This document shows positions 42,845 through 56,045 of a stretch of 64,000 bases of DNA, piece after piece. This DNA is from Octopus vulgaris (lineage: Eukaryota): contig OX597822.1 in assembly GCA_951406725.2 (NCBI GenBank), positions 31,124,001-31,188,000 on the forward strand. Direction: 5' to 3'. Positions within the stretch are counted from its first letter, which is position 1; each line of letters begins with the position of its first letter. Below the pieces are notes generated by a model, which saw only the letters and a program-made list of their open reading frames with translations, searched no databases and had not been told where the DNA came from. The position numbers were made by a program, and so were the translations under genes.

Positions 42845-43760
42845 TTCACATTTTGGTACAGGGTCAAAATCTTGGTGGGAGGGGCTAAGTTGAATAAATC
42901 CTCCCCAGTGCACATCTTGCATTTATTTTATCGACACCGAAGGATGAACGGCAATGTCAGCCACAGCAGAATTTGATCTCAGGTCGTAAGGTCAGATGAA
43001 ATACCGCTAAGCATCATGCACGACGTGCTAACGATTCTGCCAGGTGTTAACCTGGCAGAATAATATTCTTTTCTACTCTAGGCATAAGGCCCGAAATTTT
43101 GAGGGAGGGGCCAGTCGATTACATCAAACTCAGTATGTTCTGGTACTTAATTTATCGACCCCGAAAGGTTGAAAGACAAAATCGACGTTGGCGGAATTCG
43201 AACTCAGAACATAAAGACAGACGAAATACCACTAAGCATTTCGCCCTGCATGCCAACGTTTCTGCCAGCTCGCCGCCTTTCCGGAAAATAATATTGAACA
43301 GCACAAAACAGCTTACAAACGAAAAAAAGCCAGTTTTAAAATAATGCAATATTTAGCATACGCAAGGCGGTCAATTGGCAGAAACGTTAGCACGCCGGGC
43401 GAAATGCTTAGCGGTATTTCCTCTGCCGTTACGTTCTGAGTTCAAATTCCGCCGATGTCGACTTTGCCTTTCATCCTTTCGGGGTCGATAAATTATGTAT
43501 CAGTTACGCACTGGGGTCAATGTAATCGACTTAATCCGTTTGTCTGTCCTTGTTTGTCCACTCTGTGTTTAGCCCGTTGTGGGTAGTAAAGAAATAGGTA
43601 TTTCGTCTGCAGCTACGTTCTGAGTTCAAATTCCGCCGAGGCCGAATTTGCCTTTCATCATTCCGGGGTCGATAAATTAAGGACCATTTGTGAACTATGG
43701 TCGATCTAATCGACTGCCCCCCCCCCAAATTTCGGGCATTGTGCCTAGAGTATAAAAGAA
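42845..43760. mobile_element. Family B SINE cluster (two minus copies, one dimeric plus copy)
   Basis: 42845-43045 (-), 43067-43278 (-), 43365-43760 (+). Confidence 0.88.
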
Positions 43761-43974
43761 TATATAACATACCTAATGTGCAAGAGACTAAAGCACATTT
43801 CAAAACATTTGACAATAACAAAAATGAGACATGCGCATACATACCTGTTTTAAAAGAAAGGCCTTACGAATATGTTGTGAATGGAGATGCGGACTCAGCT
43901 TCCGCAAGTGTATCTCGGGGAAGCGAATTCTTGGCATGAAAGTTTGAGTAGACAAAACCATGGAATAGTTTCTT

Positions 43975-44305
43975 CATACTCATCCTCATCATCACCATCA
44001 TCAACAGCAGCAATAACAAAAACAAAAACAACATAAACAACATTAACAATAACAACATCAGCATCAGCAACAATAATTACATCAACAACAACATCAACCA
44101 CAATAACAACGTCACCATCGGCAACATCTACAAAAACATTATCAACAACGTCAAAAGCAACAACAAAAATAACAACATCAACAATAACATAACATCAATA
44201 AAATTCAACAACATCCACAATAGCAATATCAACAACATCAACATCAACGACAATAACATCAGCAATATCAACAACGTTACCAGCAGTAGTAGCAACAACG
44301 ACAAA
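43975..44305. repeat. Degenerate (CAA/CAT)n repeat
   Basis: Directly visible. Confidence 0.9.
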
Positions 44306-44316
44306 ATACAACTATT

Positions 44317-44900
44317 TAGCTATTTTGAAGTCCAGCAGACTGAGGTATTACAAAAAATTTTATTGTTGAAACTTATCGTTTTATCTTATTTTTTTAGAAC
44401 TGTAAGATTTCACTTCAATACTGACGTCTCACGATCAAAGAGTTAACAAAAGAAGTGACAGGTAGTTGTGTGCAGACCCTTCTCTTTTACCAAGTGTTAT
44501 GCATACAACATTTCCTGCACCTGTCATGGTATTAGGGGTTGCCAGCAATGAAGGATATGTGATGCCTCCTTACTTATTTCCACAAGAGCTTAGAGTTAAG
44601 TCTGCCGCATACATTGAGGTTCAGGAAATAATTGTTAAGCTCTGGATATACATTGTATGCAATGGAAGATCATATGAGTTTTAGTGAGTTTCTGTACTAT
44701 CAGACATGGCGCTAGTAACACAGGAATGGATGGGTGAACATTTTCAACATGACGTAACCCCAAATATTTGGCCAACTAATTCTCAGATCGCAGTTCGTTG
44801 GACTATTACATGTGGAGCGTTGTTGAAAGAGAGGTCAATGAGCACGCCCATAAATCTAAGGATATTTGAAAGCTGCCTTACTCAGAGCAATTTCCAAAAT
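44317..44900 (+). mobile_element. Decayed Tc1/mariner-superfamily transposase (DD37D/maT-like)
   Basis: FPAPVMVLGVASNEGYVMPPYLFPQ..Y; TQEW...WPTNS..LDYYMWSVVERE. Confidence 0.8.
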
Positions 44901-45008
44901 AAACCACTTGATTCGAGCAAATTGATACGATATTTTCATTCATCGATTAAATGGTGCCTCTTGAAACGGCCGTACTGCATTGATACCTAGAAATCCTCGC
45001 TACGTATT

Positions 45009-45063
<55 letters not shown>

Positions 45064-45109
45064 ATATATTCATATGTGTATATATATCTATGTAAATAGG
45101 TATGTATTT

Positions 45110-45530
45110 AAATACAAACTTATTTCCAGTTCAAATATTCTTGGGGCATATTCGAATTAGTAAGAAAACGATTCACTCTATTTTGTCTTGGAGACAAATA
45201 ATTTCTCGCTGTATTAAAATAAGTGTAATGACACATATAGTAAATAGTTTTCTTTTGGGTTCGATCATGCCCCACGCATATTTGATATCTTGTAAGAATA
45301 CAACGTTCCTATCTCCGGTATCTGATACAGAGGAGTATATAACCACTCCGAAATGAACGTACGTAATAGTTTGCCTAGGGGGCATGTCGAACTGACTTGA
45401 CGTGTTTACTCCTATTTGTCTACAGCGAGTAATTTTCTCCATATCAAAATACAGAAATGTTATTCTAACGGGTACGGATATGGCCCGAGTACAATTGAAC
45501 TAGTATGTTTGTCGCCATAAACATCAATGC
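45110..45530 (-). mobile_element. Decayed Penelope-like RT thumb region
   Basis: ITFLYFD...PRQTITYVHFGVVIYSSVSDTGDRNVVFLQDIK resembles PLE LPFLD...HP..T...IPF..A.RI...VSD...R...L..LK; abuts (TA)n. Confidence 0.55.
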
Positions 45531-46467
45531 GTAGCGCTTCTACTTATATATATATTTAAATATATATGTCTGTGCGCAGGAGCACTGTTTATTTAGTTAC
45601 GTTTGAGAGTGTTTTAATTATGCCATCGATTCTGGTGGAACGGAATTCACACCCGTTTTTGAATTCAAAGTCGTTCATGTATTATTGAGAAAGACATTTC
45701 GTCTGTAGCTAAAAATAAAAGTCTTTACCAATTTCGTTTGCGAAAAACATTTTGTCTGTAGCTAAAAATTTTAAAAAATACCGTTACCAATCTCGTTGAC
45801 TGTTAAAACCTCAGTTTATCAATTTCTATCTCGAAATCGTTCTATGACTTATAAGGTATATTCATTTCTGAATATTCAGATGTTCTAAATCCTGTAAAAG
45901 AAATTGGAAGACTGAGCCTCCAGCTAGGCTTTTCACGATATGCTTGAAGTCAGTAACTTTTCAGCACCTATATTACGTACAACCGGGATCAGCTATAGAT
46001 GTGCAATTGTCTTGGCCCACTATCATTCGCAATATCATTCTCTCAAATGGGTTACTTCTAAGACAGATAATTATCTACTTTAAGAACAAATGTTATAAGC
46101 TGCGCTTTTAATTAAATTATCAATTTATTTGAATATCTAGCGTAATGAAAATTTCAATTGTTAAGAAGTAAAAAATCAATAAGAATCTCAGTTCTTATCA
46201 AAACACATTTGTAGAAAACTTTAGAGTAACATGAAATAACGGAGCAATATTACATATTTTATTAAAATGTTTGAAAACATTTATATGTTTCATATTCGCT
46301 AAGCTCATTCATTTTTAATTAACTTCTTATGCCGCATCATTTACAATAAAACATCTTACTATGAAGCGGAATGTATTTATATTTCAAATACAGGGAACTG
46401 TGATTCTATCAATATATATATTTGTGTGTGTATGTGTATCTTTCCTTGTATATAAATACATACATTA

Positions 46468-46526
<59 letters not shown>

Positions 46527-46527
46527 C

Positions 46528-46564
<37 letters not shown>

Positions 46565-46644
46565 CGTGTGAATGTGGGAGATTGTATACAGGTGTGTATT
46601 AATTAATTGAATATTATATTTAGCTATATATCTATTTGTCTATA

Positions 46645-46695
<51 letters not shown>

Positions 46696-47210
46696 GCGTT
46701 TGAGTATATAAATCTATATAAAATAAAAGTTAAATATTCATTGACTCACATAACATTGTTCAGACAAACACACATATATTCATAGATCATGAATATATTC
46801 ATACGCCCCCAAAATGTATGCGGTACCTCCACCTCTTTCATGAACATCAAATATGCAAGAATTATTATCGCTATGCAAATGTATGAGAATGATAAAGGTA
46901 AAGAATATAACTTTGCAAAAATATATCGAGTTTTTTTTTTTCCTAAAATAAAGATTGTAATATATTGAGCATTTATTTGCTATATATTTTATTGTCTATA
47001 TTTATAAGACAGAATAGGCTTTTAAACAAAACTGCCACTTCAGCAAAATTATTGCATTACTGCATTCAATCCATAAGTGAATGCATTTAACATATATTTC
47101 CAATAGTTTTAGAAATCTAAAAAATAGGAAATATTTCTCAATACAATACGTACGTTTTTGTTATTTATTTAGAACTTTTTTTCCACATATTAACCAATAT
47201 TTCCCAGGAC

Positions 47211-47309
<99 letters not shown>

Positions 47310-47348
47310 AATATATACATATATATTTATACATATATATATATTTAC

Positions 47349-47379
<31 letters not shown>

Positions 47380-47416
47380 CATATATGTATATACATATAT
47401 ATATATATATATATAT

Positions 47417-47462
<46 letters not shown>

Positions 47463-48037
47463 AACATACATATGTGTACGTATTCTAAGAGCATTTTAAT
47501 GCTATTATATATTCAATTGCTACCATACTTAATTATTTAATTGCAAAAAAAGTAATAAACTTTATGGGAAAACTTCAAATGAAAAATAACTATATTTCAT
47601 AATACCCAGGAATACAATTGAAAACAAAATTTGAAATGAATTTTTTTTTATATTCAGGGATTTGTGTTTTATATAGGTGTAAATCATCTAAAACCTGCAG
47701 ACATTTTTCATTTTGCTTACACATGTTTAATAATGTATACTGTTCTTTGTTTTGAAAAGAAATAAACATATCTCATACTTGAAATTGCATTTGTAAATTG
47801 TATTTTCTTTGTTCTTTTGTTCTGTTATTTTTTTGTTGTTGTTAAGACTAGTTATTGTCAACATTGATTATATTTTTGACAGCTGATCAACACAATAAGA
47901 ATGATATATTTCTTTTCCTATTTCACCTCTAACATATTTTCAAAACAACATGTGGAAATTTCTCGAATATTCCATTTCGAATGAAAGGCAGAGTAATAAT
48001 GAATACATACGTGCAAACATAAATATCTACAGGCTCT

Positions 48038-48109
<72 letters not shown>

Positions 48110-49584
48110 CATATCTGCATTTGTGCTTTACATTATAGGAAACAATTTTAATGATTTATCGTATAGGCAAACGAACATAAATGTATAGGAAACCACATAT
48201 GCTAATATCGACCATACGTTTTGGTTCATTGTATTGTTTTATTGTTGCTTGAACATAGGCAAGTAAATATGTACTAGGATGGATTTGAACTCAGGATATG
48301 TCACGTGGTAACTCAAGTGCACTGAACATGTTCACCTCCACTCTACCAATCGTGTCGTTACACCAATAATAAAATTAGTTGTTTCAAATATAGTCACAAG
48401 AACTCGAATTTAGTGAATGAAGTAAATTCGATCCCTATACTGACTGATGTTTTATTTCATTGTACGCGGAAAGATAACACATGAATTTGATTTCAGCGGG
48501 ATATGATCTAAGAACTCATAGAGGAGAAAAAAATACCGCAGCGTATTTTCACCCAACTATAAAGATTCTCTTAATTCAATTTTTTAAAAATTCATCACAA
48601 GTACCTGTGCTTGCAATGACGTTGGTGTTACATATTACGCTCTGTTGCAGTTGATGCTGCATAGCACATACTCACTTTGTCTTCGCAGGAAGTTACTTGG
48701 TGAGGAAGAGATGTTCGTCTTACGTAGGTGAGGATTCATTTTCATTAGGACACAGTTTGGTTGCTTTTTTCTTGTAGTGTTGTAGTGTTGTAGACTGTAG
48801 AGACTAGTATTTTGATGACCTCGGCATTGGTTATTCTATCTACCATTTATTTAAAATAAATTATTTCTTTGTATGTAAACTATATTAATTTTCTCCATTA
48901 CTGTTTTCGTTTTGTTGTTATAGTATTAAATATCCAAGACCACATGATTGCATGCTTTTGTAGATGAAGTGTCAAAACTAAGACAAACCTTATTTTTTCA
49001 TGAGTTCGTTTTCGTAAGAATTTGCCTTGTAGTTTAGGATGTCAACTATATATGAGAATGTATTTTGAAAGAAAGTATATTTGACAAAATATTCCTTTTC
49101 GGGGAGACGTGTAAACAAAGCATACACGGTGTGAATAACAACAACAATAGCAACAACAATAAAATTGATGTTGATGATGACGCTGATGATGATGATGATT
49201 ATATAATAATAAGTTCAGTAATATAAATTCTATTTTGGAATATCTTAAGAAGCAAAGTCCTTAAGAACATTAATATGAATTTATCAGTCACTAGACAATT
49301 GATTTACTTGATATTTAATATAGCAAGTCTTTTGGGAAGAACAGCTTTAAAAAAACTTTAAAACCAGAGATGATTTGAGACTTGTTGTTATAAGCTGGTT
49401 GTAGTATCTCCATTAGGTTACACAGTCTGCAGTTTATGTAATAAAGTCAATTACTTGTCGTTTATGTAAGTCATGCTATGCTGTGCATTTCCGTGTTTTC
49501 TTTTGTAAAGTTCGACCTCTTATTTACGTTGTCACAGATTTTTGACCCAAAATACATGGTAATAACTTGTATATTGTGTTAAAT

Positions 49585-49790
49585 CAGTGAGATGGCAGAA
49601 TCTTTCACACACCGGGCAAGTTGCTTAGCATTTTGTCGGGATTTGCGTCCTGTGTTCAAATACTGCCGAAGTCGACTTCCCTTGTCATCCGTTCGGGGTC
49701 AATAAAATCAGTTCCAGTTGAGCCCTAGAGTGGATTTTTACTCAGCTTAACCTCCCCCAATGAATGGTCTCCTGCCAAAATTTGAAACCA
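49585..49790 (+). mobile_element. Family B SINE, diverged
   Basis: GGCAGAATC...GTTCAAATACTGCCGAAGTCGAC...GGGGTCAATAAA. Confidence 0.75.
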
Positions 49791-50230
49791 ATATCTTATA
49801 TATTCTGGCGTAAAGGAAATTCACGCACCTATTTAAGGATATCTTTTATTTGCTAGGTGGTATTCATTTCAATTTTAATTATTAATGATTTGTTTTCATG
49901 CGTATCATTGCTCGAGTATTCATGGCTTTTCTTGGTGGAGAGTTCCGATCCTATTATAGTAGAGATTATAGCTGTGCTCCCATTCTCTTGACACGTGATT
50001 GTGGACGATTCTTAACACTCGCATTCAAATATTCCATTGTACATGTAGCAAATATAATCTTGCTATTTCCGTTTTGTTCATTATAAAGTCCGCCGTTATT
50101 CTGCTTTGCTTCATTATGCTTGCCTTATCATGCTGACATTTTTATTATTCAGACGAAAAGAGTACAACTATAACTTACTGTTAGAAAGATTTTGTGTTGT
50201 TTATTAACTATATTTGTCTATATTTGTTCA

Positions 50231-50462
50231 AGGCGGCGAACTGGCAGAAACGTTAGCGCGCTGGGCGAAATGCTTAGCGGTAGTTCGTCTGACGTTACGT
50301 TCTGAGTTCAAATTCCGCCGAGGTCGACTTTGCCTTTCATCCTTTCGGGGTCGATAAATAAAGTACCAATTTCGCACTAGGGTCGATGTAATCGACTTAA
50401 TCCGTTTGTCTGTCCTTGTTTGTCCCCTCTATGTTTAGCCCCTTGTGGATAGTAAAGAAATA
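50231..50462 (+). mobile_element. Family B SINE, young, with TSD
   Basis: Full-length copy flanked by TATATTTGTT at 50221-50230 and 50463-50472. Confidence 0.92.
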
Positions 50463-51860
50463 TATATTTGTTGTTTGCAATTTTCTACTTACTTTTTAAA
50501 ACAAACGTATCTATAATCTTTATGTTTCATCGTTCCCTTCAAATGCTTGCGTTTGGTGCATCTCATGCGTCTATGTTTCATTATCTAGCGTGGTAATTTT
50601 ATCACTAATTAATACTCCTGTTTTCAGTGTTGGTTTCTCACCTTTTTCTAACCCAAATCTTCACTATACTAACATTAATAAGTCCGCATATTCTCTAGAG
50701 GCACTGCTTCTAAATGAACTGTAGAATTCCTTCGATCTGTATTATTGCCCTGCTCCTAGATCTTAATCCAGAACTATTGAATGACTTTTTAGTAGGTATT
50801 TCATTCACAGTTATAATGTTCCCGTTCAATTCAATTCAAATATCTTTGGCATTTTTATAAAGGTCTTTTGCCAGAGGAATCTGCTCATCCTCTCCAAATC
50901 TTCCTAATTGCTATGTTTTCCTTGAATATATTGTACCAGTGTCCGTTTAGAAATTGGTGTGATTTAGGAAATATCATAGTTAATGAAACTAAAGCTCAGG
51001 GAACTAATGTCTAGAAATGTTACCTATCATTGATATAATAAAAGAAAATTTAATGCTTGAATACTAAACTAACTAAAACATTACTGAATAATGCATCGAC
51101 TATTACATTTAAGTGATTGATATATCATTCCATTCACCAACATGTGTAAAATCCCAAAGTGAGAAACTGAAATGATATTTGCATTTACAAATTTGAGTGG
51201 ATACCAAGAGTAGTAACGGAATTTTTATCTTTCCATTACAACTAAATTCGTTGTAAATTAATTAAGAGAACTTCTAATTACAGTTTATGTTTGGTAGCTT
51301 TATTGGCAAAAAGAGCTATGCTTGGTTTCTTTATTGATTTTCGATGCTAAATTTAACGAACACTGAAACTTTTGTTTCTTTTGCTTTTATCCTTTTTTGA
51401 TTTATTCTTTTGCAACGATGCTCACATCCCTTTTATCATCATTATTACTTCACCGCCTAAACAGGATAAAAGAAGACAAAAAGGTGTGTATGTGAGAAAA
51501 ACCTGTGTAATTTGAAAATGCGAGAATTGTTATCTGTAGAAAATTTAGGAGATTCTCATTAAGGATTTCTTTATAAAATGTAGTTCAAACAATCTTTGTA
51601 GCATAATATGGATACACGCAATACAGATACTGTATATTCTGAGATGTATACACAGTTCACTAAAGAGAGCATTGATATTGAATTTTCAAAAGATTCAATA
51701 AAATTATTATAATGTAACGGTTTACTACATTATATGAGTTTTTATGTCTATATAGAGAAACGAAAATTTATTTCAAATTCACACGTGTGTGGTAGAGATT
51801 CTCCCTTTGAAAAATGACATATGTCTGAATATGTTAATATTACAATTATTATAGTGACGA

Positions 51861-51994
51861 GTATTGAAAATGTTGCAAGACGCAACGATAGTTTAGGGAA
51901 AAATAAATAAGCAAATGAGGGGAAACTTTACTGGTCAGTGTGTTAAATAATAAGGCCATAAAAGAGGACGATTCTCTCCAGACATAACAAAATA
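51861..51994 (+). mobile_element. Solo arm of the 57996-58358 family, with variant hammerhead
   Basis: TTGAAAA-T-GTTGC-AAGAC-GCAAC-GATA-GTT-TA; rest collinear with 58231-58358. Confidence 0.7.
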
Positions 51995-51995
51995 G

Positions 51996-52418
51996 TACTC
52001 TTTTTACTCTTTACTCTTTTACATGTTTCACTCATTTGACTGTGGCCATGCTGGAGCACCGACTTTAGTCGAGCAAATCAACCCCAGGACTTATTGTTTG
52101 GAAGCTTAGTACTTATTCTATTGGGTTTTTTGCCGAACCGCTAAGTTACGGGGATGTAAACACACCAGCATCGGTTGTCAAGCGATGTTGTGGGGACAAA
52201 CACAGACACACAAACACATACACACACATACATATATATATACACATATATACGACGGGCTTCTTTCAGTTTCCGTCTACAGTAGAAGACACGAGGCTAC
52301 AGTAGAAGACACGAGGCTACAGTAGAAGACACTTGCCGAAGGTGTCACGCAGTGGGACTGAACCCGGAACCATGTAGTTGGTAAGCAAGCTGCTTACCAC
52401 ACAGCCACTCCTACGCCT
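51996..52418 (-). mobile_element. Family A SINE with internal 20-bp triplication
   Basis: Reverse complement of 506-934; CTACAGTAGAAGACAC three times at 52277-52332. Confidence 0.9.
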
Positions 52419-53250
52419 ATAGCCACTCCTACCTACGCCTAACTTAAGTTTTATATGTGTTTTGTATCTATATAGAGAAATGATAATTTATTTCAAATTC
52501 ACACGTGTGTAGTAGAGTTTCTCTCTTTGAAAAATGCAATGTTCCAATTTTAATTGAACTAATCCTTGTATGTAGTAAAATTTTTTTAATACGACGTATT
52601 TCGTTATAAAAGGAATGGAAACATTAAAATATTAACGGATTTAATAATCAAAGACCTGCCGACAACACCGTCTGTAGAATTAGCAAAAACACACGTGAGA
52701 GACAGATTCTCTAATTTATATGTCACTGTAATTTGTGATGTAATTTAACCTGTCACCGACAACAGAGTATTCAATGTTAGTATATAGTTATTACTATTGT
52801 AATGTATATGACGCTGGTACCATTAAAATTGTTTGCTGAATTATTTGAATTAACAATGAACTAAAGAATGATAAATGACATCGCAAAGCACAAGACATTA
52901 TTACTCGTTTGCAAGAAAAACAAAATATATAACCTGTTTTGAATTGTTTAATTTGCAGGAGTTCTGAAGTTTATTGATTTTAATATTTTGCAGTTCAGCT
53001 GTATCTTATAATGAATTCGTTGTTTATTTTTTCCTTTCAGTAGTATGTATTTAGATTGTTTTCTAATGTTCAGCGAGAAATATCTCACCTAGAATCCATA
53101 GCACCATCGATACTACAGCCCTAACCTAAATTACCCCTTCAACTAGAGTTGTTGGTACTGCCTCTATTATTACTGCTGCCTCTGTCGCTGCTGCTACTAC
53201 TACTACTACTACTACTACTACCACTACTGCTGCTGCTGCTGCTGATACTG

Positions 53251-53292
<42 letters not shown>

Positions 53293-55699
53293 TAGCATTG
53301 CATCGCCGACATCGTCTTTAATATCCTTAATTTCGAAGTGTTTAAAAAATTATTATAGAATTTTCAAGTTAAGAATTTTGTTTGGTAATATGCCACATGA
53401 CAAGAATGTGAAATATGTCTGTCTGTTACAAGTCACCTTTCCTATTGAAAAACTGTTTCATCTTCATGAAAATATTAAAAATAAAACACTTCAAGAGAAA
53501 AAAAAACCTGCCGTACATCTGTATTCTATTAATTTTGAAGGCCATACATATAATTATAAACGAAGACAGAAGCAAGAACAATAAAAATCAAATATAAACA
53601 ATACAGAAATAGTCCTTTCTTTTCCTCGAGCATTACGTTCTTTGTCTTAATTTGATTGTTATGATATCATAACCTTTTGGCATCTCGGGTTTCTTGATGA
53701 CGGTAATTATCTTAAGTTCACTAAGAATCGAAACAACTTCTGTTCATACAAGATTTTAATGAAAAGCAGAAGAAATGACTTGCTGAAGGGCGAAAATAGA
53801 AAATGATCCGTCAACATTTTCTTGCTTCCATTTCATAATCGCTATAATGTTCAGAGAATGCTAAATTAAACGTATTTTTATTGTGAAACATATCGCTTCA
53901 GGATTAAGGGCTTCTTCTGACAATTTAAGTATGTAAGTGTCGTGGGTATTGTTGCTGGGTTAATCTGCACTACTTTGAATTCAAAAACACAACTAATAAT
54001 AAAAATTGATTTAGTGTTAACTAACCTATGATTATAGAGCTACACAACTTTATTTCAAATATACCAAAAGTCATGTAATTTCTGGGTTCAGATCATGTCT
54101 TGTTTTATCCAGGTTTATCTCTTCCTCTGATCTCACATCAGGATAGATTTTATACATTAAGTTTTATTTGTTAGTTTTCATCACATGAGATACTTATCAT
54201 AAGTGTGTATTTGGAATTAATAACATTTGGATATTAAGCACCTTTAAGTTAGAAACATCATTCAACTATAAAACGCTCTTATTAATATAATATATTTATA
54301 GAGTTTATACAAAATTCATAGTTATGTTAACCATCTGCTCGATATTTAGCAAATAATTATTTTTTGATAACGGAGTGCTTTGGAAAATAATAAACTTTCA
54401 AAGGTATGAAAGGGTTTGTTATATTTGTAGTGTCTAATTTCTCATATAGGGCTTTCAACATTTCTGGGAATGAATTTCCATCACAGACAGTCGCACATTA
54501 TATGCAATCAAATTTTCAAGTCTTCATATATTGTTGTGGGAAGAGGAGGCGAAAATATGTTAAAGGAATAACGAATAACAAATTGCAATCTATATTTTGA
54601 TAACCTGAATTAGTCAATGTTCTCATAAGTGTAAGCTTTGGAGTTCAATTAATTTAATACTTTCAAACAAGATTTTACATGAAGCAAAAACGTATGTCTG
54701 TTAAAAGAATAATCTTACATCATTTAGCTATACACTCAATACTTGCTATACCTTTTAACAGGTAGACATTAATTCATAAAATAAGTTAAAATTACATATA
54801 TTTTTCACAATAATTCCTTTAATTTCAGAAATACTGACACTTAACTTTTACATACACAAGTATTTTATGTAGAATATTAATAAATTTCTTCTTCAATAAA
54901 GATACAAACTATAATGGAATATTCGAAAATTAAAAGTGATTTATAGAAAGCAATTATCATGCAAATTTTCAGAAATGCAATAAAGACTGACCTATATCTG
55001 TGATATAGACCATTTATGCTCTTCAATTATTTTAATTGCTGAGATTTCAGCAAAAGTACTCATTATTCTTTTCTATTTTTACTTATTCTATTCCAATGAT
55101 TTCTGCATTAACATTACCAATGCGGTTTGAACATGACCAAATATAATTATCAAATATGCTATCAACTGTAATGTGCCCTACTTACATTTTACTTTTACAT
55201 TATCGTTATTAATGGCTGACGAAATTTCTGTATCATTTGTCAACATTCATAGTAGATATGTAATTGAATTTGTATATTCTGCTACTAAATCTGCAATAAG
55301 CAAACTTACAATGGCTGCTTCAGTAATCAAGCTTTTTAATGATTCTTGCGTTTTACATTTGTAGATAAGCATTAAGCAATTCTATTATTTTAATCCATTT
55401 GGCAAACGACGTAGAACAAAAGACATACTTCCAACTTGTGTAATTCATATTGCAGTTTCAATTACTATAGGCAGTTAATTATCCTCATTAACAGATAGAT
55501 TTTTCTTGTTCATTGTACGAATATCGTGACATAAAACCCATCTAAAGTGCATTGCTTTTATATCTAATGAAAATTACTGAGATATTCTGATTAATAAATA
55601 AGTATTGATCTAACACAAATAACGGCCATTTAGATTCTTGATGTGATCTGCAAGAATATAGAAACCTAAAGTTTCTGAAATAGACAACAAACGTCTTCA

Positions 55700-56045
55700 A
55701 AAAATTGAGTGGTGTGTTCGTATATACCACATGATCATGTAACCGACCAGGGTATTGGATGTTGCTACACATCGCTGGTCACAGAGCACTTTTGCATTGT
55801 TTTAACTGTCAAATAACGTCACCAGCCGCTGGCTAAGCAAGCAGGTAAACATTCCATACACACACGCAAAAGGAGGACTGGAACTACGGGAAATGAGGCA
55901 GGCTGACACTCCACACACACCCAAAAGGGAGCAACGTAAAATGAAGTGTCTTGCTCAGGAACACAACGCGCTGCTCAGCCATGGAATCGAACTCACGATC
56001 TCCCGATTGTAAGTGCAGCAACCTAATAAGCAGATCACCCACCTT
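55700..56045 (-). mobile_element. tRNA-headed SINE (CORE-like centre, different tail)
   Basis: B-box GAGTTCGATTCC on minus strand; TGAGCAAGACACTTCATTTTAC centre. Confidence 0.7.

Noticed and set aside
53685-53745. TTGATGA...GAAAC possible hammerhead
   Set aside because: Stems I and III do not pair convincingly and there is no (TA)n context.
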